From an uncultured Pelagibacteraceae bacterium (GTDB lineage: Bacteria; Pseudomonadota; Alphaproteobacteria; Pelagibacterales; Pelagibacteraceae): a stretch of DNA of 64,000 nt. The stretch lies in NCBI GenBank assembly GCA_902591695.1, contig CACJBQ010000003.1:11951-75950 (forward strand). Direction: 5' to 3'. The position numbers and the translations under genes were made by a program. The notes under the pieces were generated by a model. It ran no database searches. It had not been told where the DNA came from and saw only the letters and a program-made list of their open reading frames with translations. Of this stretch, positions 48,800 through 58,743 are shown in pieces (position 1 is the stretch's first letter; every line of letters begins with the position of its first letter).

Positions 48800-50419
48800 A
48801 TGTTAAAGAATTTAAATATCTGGTTTCTATCCTCTTTATTGGTGTCTATAGGCGTATTAATTCCAATAGTTACAGTTTTTTTTAGTTTTTTTGAAGAGAC
48901 CTCAAATTATTATCAAGTATTAAAAGATACTTTTTTATTTGAATATATTTTTAATTCTTTCACACTACTAGTTTGTGTCTTAATCCTCACATTTATAATA
49001 GGAACTGCATCTGCATACTTGGTTTCATTTTATAAATTCCCCTTTAGTGATTTCTTTAAATGGGGCCTTATACTTTCTTTCGCTGTTCCCCCATATATTT
49101 ATGCATATTCTTTGACGGCCTTTTTTGAAAATTATGGTACAGCTTTTACAATATTGACAAATTTATTTGGAGAAGGGGAATACAACAAACATATTCCAAA
49201 GTTCGATGGTCTTCTTGGAGCAGTACTTTCCCTTTCATTTTCATTATACGCTTATGTATATATTCTTTCTAGAGCTTCATTTTTATATCAATCTCAAAAC
49301 TTAATTGATTTAGGAAGAAGTTTAGGTTTTTCAAAATTCAAATCTTTATATTCTTTGATATTACCAGCTGCTAGACCAGCTATAGTCGCTGGTTTATCTC
49401 TTGTTGCAATGGAAACTTTAGCAGAATTTGGTGCAGTTGATTTTTTTTCAATAAACACCTTAACCACTGGAATTTATAATTCATGGATTACATTTGATGA
49501 CTTAGCTTTTTCAAATAGATTGTCCTTTTTCTTACTAATATTTATATTTGCATGTTTTATAATTGAGAATTTTTCTAGAAAAAAAGCTAAATACCATTTT
49601 AATTCAAGAGGTGGATTTAAACAAAAAGAAAAAATTACACTGCATGGAAAAAAATCTTTTTTTGCATTTTTGTTTTGTTTTATTATTTTCTTTTTAAGTT
49701 TTTTATTTCCTTTAAGCCAAATGTTATATTGGACAATTAAATTTCCAGAAAATCTTTTTGATATCGATGTAATTTCACTTACTTTAAATACAATTTATTT
49801 GGTGATTTTATCTAGCATAGTCTTGATTTTGTTTTCTTTAATTTCTAATTATGGAAATAGGGTTTCAAGAAATAAGGTTTTAAATTTTTTATCAACCATA
49901 TCCATATCAGGTTATGCTATTCCAGGTGTTATTTTAGCTGTAGCATTTATTACATTTGTAGCATGGTTTGATGATAACATTGTTAAAACTTTAGGATTTT
50001 TGTCTATTAAAAAAATCTTTATTGGTTCTGTTCTTGGTCTTGTTTTAGTTTATTTTGTAAGATTTTATTCATTAGCATTTAATGGAATTAAGTCAGGCTA
50101 TGAAAAAATAAATATTTCAGTTGACGAAAGTTCATATCTACTTGGTTACTCCAAAAAGAAAACCTTCATGAATATTCATGTTCCTTTCTTAAGAAATTCA
50201 CTTTTATTTGTAGCAATATTGATTTCCCTAGAGATAATAAGAGAGTTGCCAATAACCCTTATTTTAAGGCCATTTAATTTCGAAACTTTTGCAACAACCG
50301 CTTATATATCTGCTTCTGAAGATTTATTAGAGGCTGCAGCAGTTCCATCATTATTTTTAATTTTAATTGCAACTATATTTATTATGTTTACATCTAAATA
50401 TATTTTGAGAGAAAAATGA
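48800..50419 (+). CDS. Fe(III) ABC transporter permease
   Basis: Duplicated permease domains, LPAARPA, ETLAEFG, GYAIPG, ELP.TL.LRPFNFET. Confidence 0.92.
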   Translation: MLKNLNIWFLSSLLVSIGVLIPIVTVFFSFFEETSNYYQVLKDTFLFEYIFNSFTLLVCVLILTFIIGTASAYLVSFYKFPFSDFFKWGLILSFAVPPYIYAYSLTAFFENYGTAFTILTNLFGEGEYNKHIPKFDGLLGAVLSLSFSLYAYVYILSRASFLYQSQNLIDLGRSLGFSKFKSLYSLILPAARPAIVAGLSLVAMETLAEFGAVDFFSINTLTTGIYNSWITFDDLAFSNRLSFFLLIFIFACFIIENFSRKKAKYHFNSRGGFKQKEKITLHGKKSFFAFLFCFIIFFLSFLFPLSQMLYWTIKFPENLFDIDVISLTLNTIYLVILSSIVLILFSLISNYGNRVSRNKVLNFLSTISISGYAIPGVILAVAFITFVAWFDDNIVKTLGFLSIKKIFIGSVLGLVLVYFVRFYSLAFNGIKSGYEKINISVDESSYLLGYSKKKTFMNIHVPFLRNSLLFVAILISLEIIRELPITLILRPFNFETFATTAYISASEDLLEAAAVPSLFLILIATIFIMFTSKYILREK

Positions 50420-51477
50420 AAAATAATTTTTTAGAAATTAAAGGTGTTGATTTTATAATTGGTGGAAAAACCAAAGTTAAAAACGCTTCATTTGCAATTG
50501 AAAATGAAGGAGAAACTTTGTGTATTTTAGGTCCATCAGGAATTGGAAAAACTACAATTCTCAGAACAATAGCTGGTTTGGAACAAATTGATAAAGGTTC
50601 AATTAAATTGAATGGAAAATTAATATCTTCTAAAGACAAACATATTGAGCCAGAACATAGAAATGTATCTTTAGCTTTTCAAGATAATAGCTTATTTCCA
50701 CATTACACTGTTGAAAAGAATATATTGTTAGGCACTGAGAGAAATAAAATAAAAAAGAAAAAAAAACTAACTTTTAAAGAGATTATTGATTTACTGGATA
50801 TTTCAAAAATACTTGAAAAATACCCTCATGAAATCAGTGCTGGAGAGGCTCAAAGAGCTTCTCTTGCAAGATCTTTACTAACACAACCTGATCTTTTGTT
50901 ATTAGATGAACCGTTATCAAATGTTGATCAAAGTTTTAAAGAAGAAATTCAAGTAAGATTAAAAAAAATATTAAATAAATTAAAAATTACAACAATAATT
51001 GTAACACATGACTCTTATGAAGCTTTTTACTTAGGTCATAAATGTGCAATTATATTAGATGGTCAAATAAAACAGTTTGACGATCCTTATAATGTCTATC
51101 ATTTTCCAAACTCAGTCGAAGTAGTAAATTTTTTAAATCGTGGAATTTTAATTCCAGCAAAAGTAACTGGAGAAAATTCATTGGAAAATAAAGATCTTGG
51201 AACAATTAATGGGAATTTTATTAAGCATTATCCAAAAGGATCAAATGTGCAATTATTATTACAACCAGAGGATCTTGAGCACGACGATAAAAGCAATCTA
51301 AAATTAGAGGTAGTTGATAGAAAATTTAGAGGAACCAACTTTATTTATACCTTGAAAACTAGTAGCGATTTATTAATACCAGTTTTTGTTCATTCTCATC
51401 ATGAACATCAACATGAAGCTGACGAAAAGTTTGGAATTAAAAGACCGATTCATATTGATCACATAGTTTGTTTTTAA
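50416..51477 (+). CDS. Fe(III) ABC transporter ATPase
   Basis: Walker A GPSGIGKT, LLLDEP, VTHD, TOBE-like His-rich C-terminus. Confidence 0.92.
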   Translation: MKNNFLEIKGVDFIIGGKTKVKNASFAIENEGETLCILGPSGIGKTTILRTIAGLEQIDKGSIKLNGKLISSKDKHIEPEHRNVSLAFQDNSLFPHYTVEKNILLGTERNKIKKKKKLTFKEIIDLLDISKILEKYPHEISAGEAQRASLARSLLTQPDLLLLDEPLSNVDQSFKEEIQVRLKKILNKLKITTIIVTHDSYEAFYLGHKCAIILDGQIKQFDDPYNVYHFPNSVEVVNFLNRGILIPAKVTGENSLENKDLGTINGNFIKHYPKGSNVQLLLQPEDLEHDDKSNLKLEVVDRKFRGTNFIYTLKTSSDLLIPVFVHSHHEHQHEADEKFGIKRPIHIDHIVCF

Positions 51478-51489
51478 TAAAACAAGCAA

Positions 51490-52176
51490 ATGCTTAGTAA
51501 AAAACAATTATTTACTCGAGGGATGTTTGATATTTCTCCACATATGCTTTCAGTAATTCCATTTGGAATAATTTGTGGAGCAATAGGTGTTGAACTTGGA
51601 TTTCACCCGTATTTAGTTTACGCAATGTCTTTCATAATTTTTGGCGGAGCTTCGCAGATAGTATTTTTACAATTGTTATCAGGGGGTGCATCTAGTTTAG
51701 TTGCGGTTGCATCTGTTGGAATTATAAATTCTAGACATCTATTATATGGAGCTGTTTTATCTGAATATTTAGAAAAATTATCTTTTATAAAAAAATTATT
51801 AATTTCTTATGTTGTTGTAGATCAAGGCTTTGCAGAGTCTAATAAGTTTTTCAAAAAAAATAGAAGTGAAGAATTTTTACATTATCATTTAATTGGCACA
51901 GGTTGTACAATGTGGGTTTGTTGGCAGATAGCAACATTATCAGGCATTGTTTTAGGATCATTTGTTCCAGATGAACTTGGCTTAAAATTTGCAATTCCTC
52001 TAACGTTTATAGCAATTGTTGTTCGGGATTTAAAAAAATTAGACCATGTAATTGTAATGATTACTTGTGGTTTGAGTTCACTATTATTTTTTGATGCTCC
52101 ATTTAAATCTTACATAATCATTTCACCGATAATTGCTTTATTTGTAGCTGCACTATTGTTGAGGTTAAAAAAATGA
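51490..52176 (+). CDS. azlC: AzlC-family amino-acid exporter subunit
   Basis: FGGASQ, NSRHLLYG, D..FA. Confidence 0.85.
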   Translation: MLSKKQLFTRGMFDISPHMLSVIPFGIICGAIGVELGFHPYLVYAMSFIIFGGASQIVFLQLLSGGASSLVAVASVGIINSRHLLYGAVLSEYLEKLSFIKKLLISYVVVDQGFAESNKFFKKNRSEEFLHYHLIGTGCTMWVCWQIATLSGIVLGSFVPDELGLKFAIPLTFIAIVVRDLKKLDHVIVMITCGLSSLLFFDAPFKSYIIISPIIALFVAALLLRLKK

Positions 52177-52490
52177 CTCTTACATCAATTATTTTTGCTG
52201 GAATATTAACCTACCTTACTAGAATGACTATGATTGCTTTAATTAGCAGGGATATGTTGGGAGACAAAATTAAAGCAGTGCTAGAATATGTCCCTTCTGC
52301 AGTATTCCCAGCAATAATATTTCCAGGAATATTTATAAATGATTTTGGAATTTTTATAGAAATGAATGATCCTAAAATTTTTGGAGCTTTAGTTGCTGTA
52401 ATTGTAGGTTATTTCTCAAAAAATATTATTGCAACAATTTCAGCTGGATTAGTTTCTTATTGGTTTTTAATATTTGTAGTATTTAATTAG
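52173..52490 (+). CDS. azlD: AzlD-family protein
   Basis: TYLTR, L.YVP.A; ATGA overlap with azlC. Confidence 0.8.
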   Translation: MTLTSIIFAGILTYLTRMTMIALISRDMLGDKIKAVLEYVPSAVFPAIIFPGIFINDFGIFIEMNDPKIFGALVAVIVGYFSKNIIATISAGLVSYWFLIFVVFN

Positions 52491-53166
52491 CACCTAATTT
52501 AATATTTCTACTTACATTGATGTCTATTAATTTTGGTTTTGCTAAATTTAGGTTTGACATAAGCTCAATATATTCATCAACATTTCTAACCTGCAATCTT
52601 GGATTAAATTTTTTTTCATTACCAATTGTACTAGATACTTTGCCGTTATAATCATGACCAGGATACAAAATTGTGTCCTCAGGTAATTTTAACAATCTAT
52701 TAAAGATCGAATTATAAGCATCTTTCGAACTTCCGTTTTGAAAATCTGTTCTACCGGTGCCATTAATTAAAAGAGTATCTCCTGAAAATAAATAGTTATT
52801 CATCAAGAAACTATAGCTGTCAGAAGTATGACCAGGTGTGTACATCGCTTTAATTTCTATTTGGTCAATTTTTATTATTTCATCATCTTTTACTCTAATT
52901 TCTACAGCATCAGCAGGTGTGTGTTCACCCATAAGTGTAGAACAATTTGTTGCTTGCTTTAGTTTACTTGCACCAGTTACATGGTCAGCATGAATATGGG
53001 TATCTATTACCTTAACTAATTTTAAATCTAACTCGTTTAGTAGCTCAATGTAGCTTTCAACTTTCTCAATTACTGGATCAATTATGATTGCCTCGCGACC
53101 TTTTGCCGACGCAATTAAATAAGTATAAGTTGATGATTTATTATCGAAAACTTGTTTAAAAATCAT
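52483..53166 (-). CDS. ETHE1-type persulfide dioxygenase (metallo-beta-lactamase fold)
   Basis: SSTYTYL, THIHADH, TPGHT, GRTDFQ, PGHDY, NPRL. Confidence 0.85.
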   Translation of the reverse strand: MIFKQVFDNKSSTYTYLIASAKGREAIIIDPVIEKVESYIELLNELDLKLVKVIDTHIHADHVTGASKLKQATNCSTLMGEHTPADAVEIRVKDDEIIKIDQIEIKAMYTPGHTSDSYSFLMNNYLFSGDTLLINGTGRTDFQNGSSKDAYNSIFNRLLKLPEDTILYPGHDYNGKVSSTIGNEKKFNPRLQVRNVDEYIELMSNLNLAKPKLIDINVSRNIKLGAN

Positions 53167-53188
53167 TTATCATTAATATCAAATTATA

Positions 53189-53626
53189 ATGAATACCTCT
53201 ACATTTCATTGGTCTTGTAGACATACCTGGAAAAGAAGCGCAAAAAATACAGCTTGGTGTGTACTTGGTTGTGCAATTGGTGATTTTGGAACAATATTAT
53301 TTTTTCAATTGACTCAAATTCCTTTTCCAGTTTTAGCAATAATGATTTTAGCAATAATCAATGGATTGATTACAAGTATTATTTTAGAAACAATAATTTT
53401 AATGACACAAAATTTTAATTTTATTAACGCATTCAAAACTGCTTGCGGAATGAGTTTAATTTCAATGATCAGCATGGAAATTATGATGAACTTGACTGAC
53501 TATGTGTTAACTGGAGGTGCAATTTTAACGTGGTGGGTGGTGCCGATAATGCTGATTGTAGGTTTTTTAACTCCTTGGCCTTATAATTATTGGAGATTAA
53601 AAAAATTTGGAATTGCTTGTCATTAA
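53189..53626 (+). CDS. DUF4396-like membrane protein
   Basis: T.WC.LGC.IGD, S..SME, PYNYW..K...CH. Confidence 0.75.
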   Translation: MNTSTFHWSCRHTWKRSAKNTAWCVLGCAIGDFGTILFFQLTQIPFPVLAIMILAIINGLITSIILETIILMTQNFNFINAFKTACGMSLISMISMEIMMNLTDYVLTGGAILTWWVVPIMLIVGFLTPWPYNYWRLKKFGIACH

Positions 53627-53628
53627 GA

Positions 53629-54156
53629 TTAAAGAATTCTTTTTAATAAATTGTCCCCAAAAAATAGTTTGTGAACAATAACAGCAGTTATATGAAGCAC
53701 TATTAAACCGATAAGTGTATAATTTGAAAGAATATGAATTTCATAAAACTGATCTGCTAAATCAAAATTTTCATTAATTTGAATTTCTCTAAACAATATT
53801 GTTAGTGTTTCACCGTTAAATAGTTTTTTTAATATTCCTGAAATTGTTATTGATAAAATAGCAATATATAAAAGTACATGGTTCATCTTTGCTAAAAACC
53901 TTTGTCCTTTAAAAATACTTGGATCTAATTTTGGAGTTGGATTAAGTATATTATTTATTAATCTTATTATTATTATATAAAAAACAGTTAAACCTAATGT
54001 AACGTGTATATCTTCTATAGCAATCCTTTGTTCACCAAAATCTAAATCAACCAGATAAAAACCCAAAGGTATTTGTATGAACAGAATAGCTGCGCTGAGC
54101 CAATGTAACACCTTTGAGATAATACCATACTCTGTTAGGGTATTTGTTACATGCAT
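53629..54156 (-). CDS. Cytochrome b561-family di-heme membrane protein
   Basis: Y....K.LHW, H...G, H..LY, H...H heme ligands; four TM helices. Confidence 0.88.
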   Translation of the reverse strand: MHVTNTLTEYGIISKVLHWLSAAILFIQIPLGFYLVDLDFGEQRIAIEDIHVTLGLTVFYIIIIRLINNILNPTPKLDPSIFKGQRFLAKMNHVLLYIAILSITISGILKKLFNGETLTILFREIQINENFDLADQFYEIHILSNYTLIGLIVLHITAVIVHKLFFGDNLLKRIL

Positions 54157-54618
54157 TATTTATTTAATCACATTAAAAAATATTTTAAAATAATTTTATT
54201 CTCAATTTTAAGCGTATTTTTCGTCTCATCTAGTAATGCGGAGTTAACAGTTGAAGAAATTATTAAAAGTAGACAAGCGTTGTTTAGTAAAAACTATAGT
54301 ACAGCTAAAAGGGTTCAAGCTTTCTCTTCAAAAGGAGACTTTGAAAAAGCAAAAAAACTTATGATTGAAATGAGTGAAAATTATAAAGTTTTAATAGATT
54401 TGTTTCCAGAAAATACTCAAGAAGGTTTTGATACTGAAGCTTTACTAACTATTTGGGATGAAAAAGATGACTTCAATGCATTAATGCAAAAAGCCTCTAA
54501 TGATATGACAAAACTCGTTTCAGTAATCGAGGATGCGGATAATATTCGAGGTACATTAACTAAATTTATGTGGAGTAATTGTAAGGCTTGTCATAGTAAT
54601 TACAGAGAAGAACATTAG
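54151..54618 (+). CDS. Cytochrome c' / c556 (class II)
   Basis: Signal peptide, IW....DF, C-terminal CKACH..YR. Confidence 0.9.
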   Translation: MHYLFNHIKKYFKIILFSILSVFFVSSSNAELTVEEIIKSRQALFSKNYSTAKRVQAFSSKGDFEKAKKLMIEMSENYKVLIDLFPENTQEGFDTEALLTIWDEKDDFNALMQKASNDMTKLVSVIEDADNIRGTLTKFMWSNCKACHSNYREEH

Positions 54619-54631
54619 TTAATAAGCAAGA

Positions 54632-55159
54632 ATGATACCTCAAAAAGTAAAAGACCATATTGAAGAATATATTAGCCAAGAAGTTTATGTTCAAATTGCA
54701 ATAATTAAGGGCAAAGAAAAGGTTCCAACAGAAACAGCTATTGATAAATATTTTAATACAAACCATTTCAGAGATTTTTCAGAGGGTAAACCCTATTTTC
54801 ATTTCATTGATGGATTAAGAGATAAATGCCTTGGGAAACTTAAGAATTCTCCAATGAGAGATAAGGCAACAGAGGACGATACTATTAAATTATTACAGAA
54901 AAAATTAAATGATTTAACTGATGATGAGCTTGAAGACACTTATTGGGAAATAGAAACAGGAGAATTTTTTTCAGGAGAGCAAATAAAAGAATTAGAAAAA
55001 AATTGTACTGAATTAATTGAAGAACTTAATCTTTCAAATAAAAATAAAAAAGAAGTTCAAAAAACTATTTTGAGTTATTGTGAAAACTATGAAAAGTTGT
55101 GTCAAAAAAAATACCCAGAAGCTCCACTTCCACTAGAAATATTAAAATCTGTAAATTAG
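54632..55159 (+). CDS. Hypothetical protein (CExYExxC motif; paralog of 12478..12918)
   Basis: 175-aa ORF; aligned by eye to 12478..12918. Confidence 0.72.
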   Translation: MIPQKVKDHIEEYISQEVYVQIAIIKGKEKVPTETAIDKYFNTNHFRDFSEGKPYFHFIDGLRDKCLGKLKNSPMRDKATEDDTIKLLQKKLNDLTDDELEDTYWEIETGEFFSGEQIKELEKNCTELIEELNLSNKNKKEVQKTILSYCENYEKLCQKKYPEAPLPLEILKSVN

Positions 55160-55165
55160 TTTTTA

Positions 55166-55320
55166 AAGGGTTCGCTCTTTAAGTGTATACCTAAAGAGCT
55201 CCCTTGTATCGCCTCTTTGGCATTATAATTCCGAGAGGAATTTATTTTTCGTTATATTTTTGAAATATGAGCTGTTCAGCTAAGTGTCAGGTGGTGAAAG
55301 TATTAACATAAACCTCCTTC
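55166..55320 (-). ncRNA. Candidate stand-alone structured small RNA carrying a 9-codon ORF
   Basis: AAGGAGG-TTT-ATG at 55319..55307, ORF MLILSPPDT (55309..55280), then two GC-enriched hairpins. Confidence 0.45.
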
Positions 55321-55443
55321 TGTAAAAAGGTTAATTATAAATTATACAATTTCAATTAATTTATTTTAATTTTGAGAAAATATATTTATTGAATACAACC
55401 TAGTGCTTTAGTAGATTCTCGCTAACTTAAGTTACTTCCAAAA

Positions 55444-56301
55444 TTATTTTTTATTTATTAATTCGCTAATAAAATTTTCACCATAACCATCATCAACGGC
55501 TTTTTGAAAATAATTTTTATTTACTTCAGCAACTTTTTCAGCTTCAGGAAAATTTTTTAATAAATCTTGAATATAAGTTAAATCTTTTACGGAATTACTT
55601 GCCGTAAATTTAAATCCAGTAAAATCACCTTTTAAAAGATTGTCAAAAACTCTATTAAGTGCTGCAGAATTTCCAGAACCAAGTTTTGCAACATCAAATA
55701 CTTTTTTCAAATCTAAACCCATTTCTGTAGCACTTTTAGCTAAATGATTAACTAATGCAGCATTTCCAAGGGATAAAAAATTATTTAAAAGCTTAGATTT
55801 TGCTCCCATTCCAACAGATCCAAAATGAAAATATTCTTTACAGAAAAAATTAAAGTATGGCTCAGCTATTTTAAAGTTATCATTTGATGCTCCAACAATT
55901 CCTCCTAAAATACCTTCCTCTGCTTGAACAGGTCCTCCCATTACAGGGCACTCAACATAATTTATTTTTTTTTCTTTGAATATTGCCTCAGTTTCCATTG
56001 AACCAGTTTTGTTGTGAGTAGTGATATCAATAATTAAAGTTTTACTATCTAAAATATCAGATATTTTTTCAGAAATTAATTTTGCTATAGGAGTGTTGGT
56101 AACACACATAAACATTGCATCTAAATTTTTACTAGAAAAATCTTCAAAAGATTTCACTTCTTCAGCTCCATCGCTAACAATTTTCTCAATTGGTTTTCTA
56201 TTTTTATTAGCAATTACAAAGAGTTTATTTTTGTGTTTTAAAATATTTTTAGCTATTCCATAGCCCATATATCCAACACCAATAAAACCTATATTTTTCA
56301 T
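55444..56301 (-). CDS. Beta-hydroxyacid dehydrogenase (3-hydroxyisobutyrate/tartronate semialdehyde reductase family)
   Basis: GFIGVGYMG, PVMGG, KLLNN, KDL. Confidence 0.87.
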   Translation of the reverse strand: MKNIGFIGVGYMGYGIAKNILKHKNKLFVIANKNRKPIEKIVSDGAEEVKSFEDFSSKNLDAMFMCVTNTPIAKLISEKISDILDSKTLIIDITTHNKTGSMETEAIFKEKKINYVECPVMGGPVQAEEGILGGIVGASNDNFKIAEPYFNFFCKEYFHFGSVGMGAKSKLLNNFLSLGNAALVNHLAKSATEMGLDLKKVFDVAKLGSGNSAALNRVFDNLLKGDFTGFKFTASNSVKDLTYIQDLLKNFPEAEKVAEVNKNYFQKAVDDGYGENFISELINKK

Positions 56302-56315
56302 TTAAACCTCACTAT

Positions 56316-57179
56316 TTAACTTTTTTTACCTTCTGTTCTTATGAACATAATACCAAAAACAATAATTCCTATCACCCCAACAATTTTATTATAATCAAAA
56401 GGTACGCCGAAAATTAAGAAATTAATAATTGTAGACCAAACTAATTGAGAATATTGAAAATTAGTTACAAATGACAAGTTAGACAGTTGTATTGCATATA
56501 TAATTAAAGAATGACTTACAAAACCTGCCACACCTAGAATTACCAAATAAAGCCAAAAGATATTCTTCTCTAATGGCACCCAATTAAAAAATATAAAAAT
56601 ACTAAAAATTATTGCACCTAAAATTGAAGTATAAAATATAGCAGCAAATGGATCGTTATCGCCTGATACAACTTTGGTAAAAAATTGGTAAAGAGCCCAG
56701 CAAATTGGAGGAACAATAGGGAATATTAAATCTAAACTAAATATTCTCATACTTGGACCTAGTGAATAAACAATCGAGCCAAAGCTCAATAGCATTAAAA
56801 GTATACCTTTTGTACTTAAGATATCTTTTAGGAAGTATGCTGAAAGTAGTGAAACGATTAGAGGAGCTGTAAAGAAAACAACATAAATATCTACCAAGTC
56901 AAATTTCTGCAAAGAATAAAACATAAACGAGGTGGCAGTTACCATTAATATCGATCTAATTATTTGGACTTTAAAATTTTTTTTCAAATTTACTTTTGGC
57001 TTAAAAATTAAAAAAAATATAATTAAAGATACTAAGTGAAAAAAAAATCTCCCCCAAATTGCTTGAGTAACTGGCATTACTGTTCCAAGATATTTTGCTG
57101 TAGAGTCCATACAAACAAACATAAAAAATCCACCAGCGGCTAATAAAATTACGTTAATTAAGGATGTTTGTTGAGGCAC
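56316..57179 (-). CDS. DMT/EamA family transporter
   Basis: About ten TM helices, D..AK, FTAPL, FQYSQL. Confidence 0.85.
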   Translation of the reverse strand: MPQQTSLINVILLAAGGFFMFVCMDSTAKYLGTVMPVTQAIWGRFFFHLVSLIIFFLIFKPKVNLKKNFKVQIIRSILMVTATSFMFYSLQKFDLVDIYVVFFTAPLIVSLLSAYFLKDILSTKGILLMLLSFGSIVYSLGPSMRIFSLDLIFPIVPPICWALYQFFTKVVSGDNDPFAAIFYTSILGAIIFSIFIFFNWVPLEKNIFWLYLVILGVAGFVSHSLIIYAIQLSNLSFVTNFQYSQLVWSTIINFLIFGVPFDYNKIVGVIGIIVFGIMFIRTEGKKS

Positions 57180-57191
57180 AGGAAAAATAAA

Positions 57192-58697
57192 TTACATTAC
57201 AACGCCAACTTGCCAAGGATTAAACTCCTCGTCACCGTAGCCGTTGATTTCACTTTTTGATTTATTCCCTGAAGCAGTATTTACAACTAATTCAAATATT
57301 TTTTGACCAACTTCTTCAACTTTCTCTTTTCCTTCAGCAATTGTGCCACAATTAATATCCATATCTTCTGACATTCTTTCAAACATCGCTGAGTTTGTTG
57401 AAAGTTTTAAACTTGGAACTGGTTTACAGCCAAAGCAAGATCCACGTCCTGTTGTAAAACAAATAACATTAGCACCTGATGCAACTTGACCGGTTACAGA
57501 TACAGGATCATAACCAGGAGAGTCCATAAAATTAAAACCTTTATTTTTTAAAGGTTCAGCATAATGCAATACATCTTGAAGGATTGAGTTTCCTCCTTTT
57601 GCAACAGCGCCTAAGGATTTTTCTAATATGGTTGTTAGACCACCTTTTTTATTTCCTGGCGCAGGATTGTTGTCCATAGAACTATTATTAATTGAAGTAT
57701 AATGTTTCCACCATTCAATTCTTTTAATAAGTTTATCAGCAGTCTCTTGTGAGCTTGCTCTATTAATTAATAAATGTTCAGCTCCATAAATCTCTGGAGT
57801 TTCGGATAAAATTGAACTTCCACCTTTTTTAACCAAGAGATCTGCTGCAACTCCTAATGCAGGATTTGCGGTTATTCCTGAATACCCATCTGAACCACCA
57901 CATTGAAGAGCTAAAGTTAGATGACTTACTGGTTGTGAAGTTCTTTGAACATTATTAGCTTCTGAAAGTAAATTTTTAATTTGAGATAACACTTTTTCGA
58001 CTATTTTTTTAGTCCCACCTTCATCTTGGATTGTTAGAAAATGAATTCGGTTATGTTTTTTTAATGATTCATCAAACAAACTGACTTGAGCACATTCGCA
58101 TCCTAAACCTATAACAAAAACATGAGAAAAATTGGGATGATTTTTAAATCCATCTATAGTTCTTTGAAAAATTTGCATTCCTTCACTTTCAGTATTCATT
58201 CCACATCCTGTTGAGTGAGTAATTGGAACTATACCATCAATATTTGGGTAATCTTTTAAAATGTCAGAATATTTAATCCTCTCAACTATCATTTTAGTGA
58301 CAGTAGCTGAGCAATTTACAGTACTTACAATTCCAATATAATTTCTGGTAGCAACCTGTCCATTATCTCTTAAAATTCCATTAAAGAAGGTGTCTGCTTT
58401 TTCATCAATAACATGTTTTTTATTTGTAACTTTAAAATCTCTTTTAAATTCTCTAAATTCTAAATTATGTGAATGGACATGTTGTCCTGGTTTAATATCA
58501 TCTAAAGCAAATCCAATAATTTGATCATATTTTATGATTGGATCGCCTTTTTTAATAGTTTTTAAACAAACTTTGTGTCCAAAAGGAATTGGATCGATAG
58601 TGTTGATCTCATGACCTTCAATTTTAGTTTTTTCAGGAATAATAAATTGGCTAACGCCCACATTGTCATTCTTGTTTAAAACTATTAGATTATTCAT
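57192..58697 (-). CDS. UxaA/GarD family sugar-acid dehydratase (SAF domain + catalytic domain)
   Basis: IPFGHK, HVHSHN, TRNY..I.STVNCS, CGGSDG.SG.TANPA, EKSLGA..KGG, FTTGRGS; ATG at 58697. Confidence 0.9.
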   Translation of the reverse strand: MNNLIVLNKNDNVGVSQFIIPEKTKIEGHEINTIDPIPFGHKVCLKTIKKGDPIIKYDQIIGFALDDIKPGQHVHSHNLEFREFKRDFKVTNKKHVIDEKADTFFNGILRDNGQVATRNYIGIVSTVNCSATVTKMIVERIKYSDILKDYPNIDGIVPITHSTGCGMNTESEGMQIFQRTIDGFKNHPNFSHVFVIGLGCECAQVSLFDESLKKHNRIHFLTIQDEGGTKKIVEKVLSQIKNLLSEANNVQRTSQPVSHLTLALQCGGSDGYSGITANPALGVAADLLVKKGGSSILSETPEIYGAEHLLINRASSQETADKLIKRIEWWKHYTSINNSSMDNNPAPGNKKGGLTTILEKSLGAVAKGGNSILQDVLHYAEPLKNKGFNFMDSPGYDPVSVTGQVASGANVICFTTGRGSCFGCKPVPSLKLSTNSAMFERMSEDMDINCGTIAEGKEKVEEVGQKIFELVVNTASGNKSKSEINGYGDEEFNPWQVGVVM

Positions 58698-58743
58698 AAA
58701 TTTATTATATAACCAATAACTTAAACAAACCATTATTTAAATT

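Noticed and set aside
55223-55282. Amber read-through extending MLILSPPDT to 28 codons
   Set aside because: Extension has no recognisable motif and there is no evidence for recoding machinery
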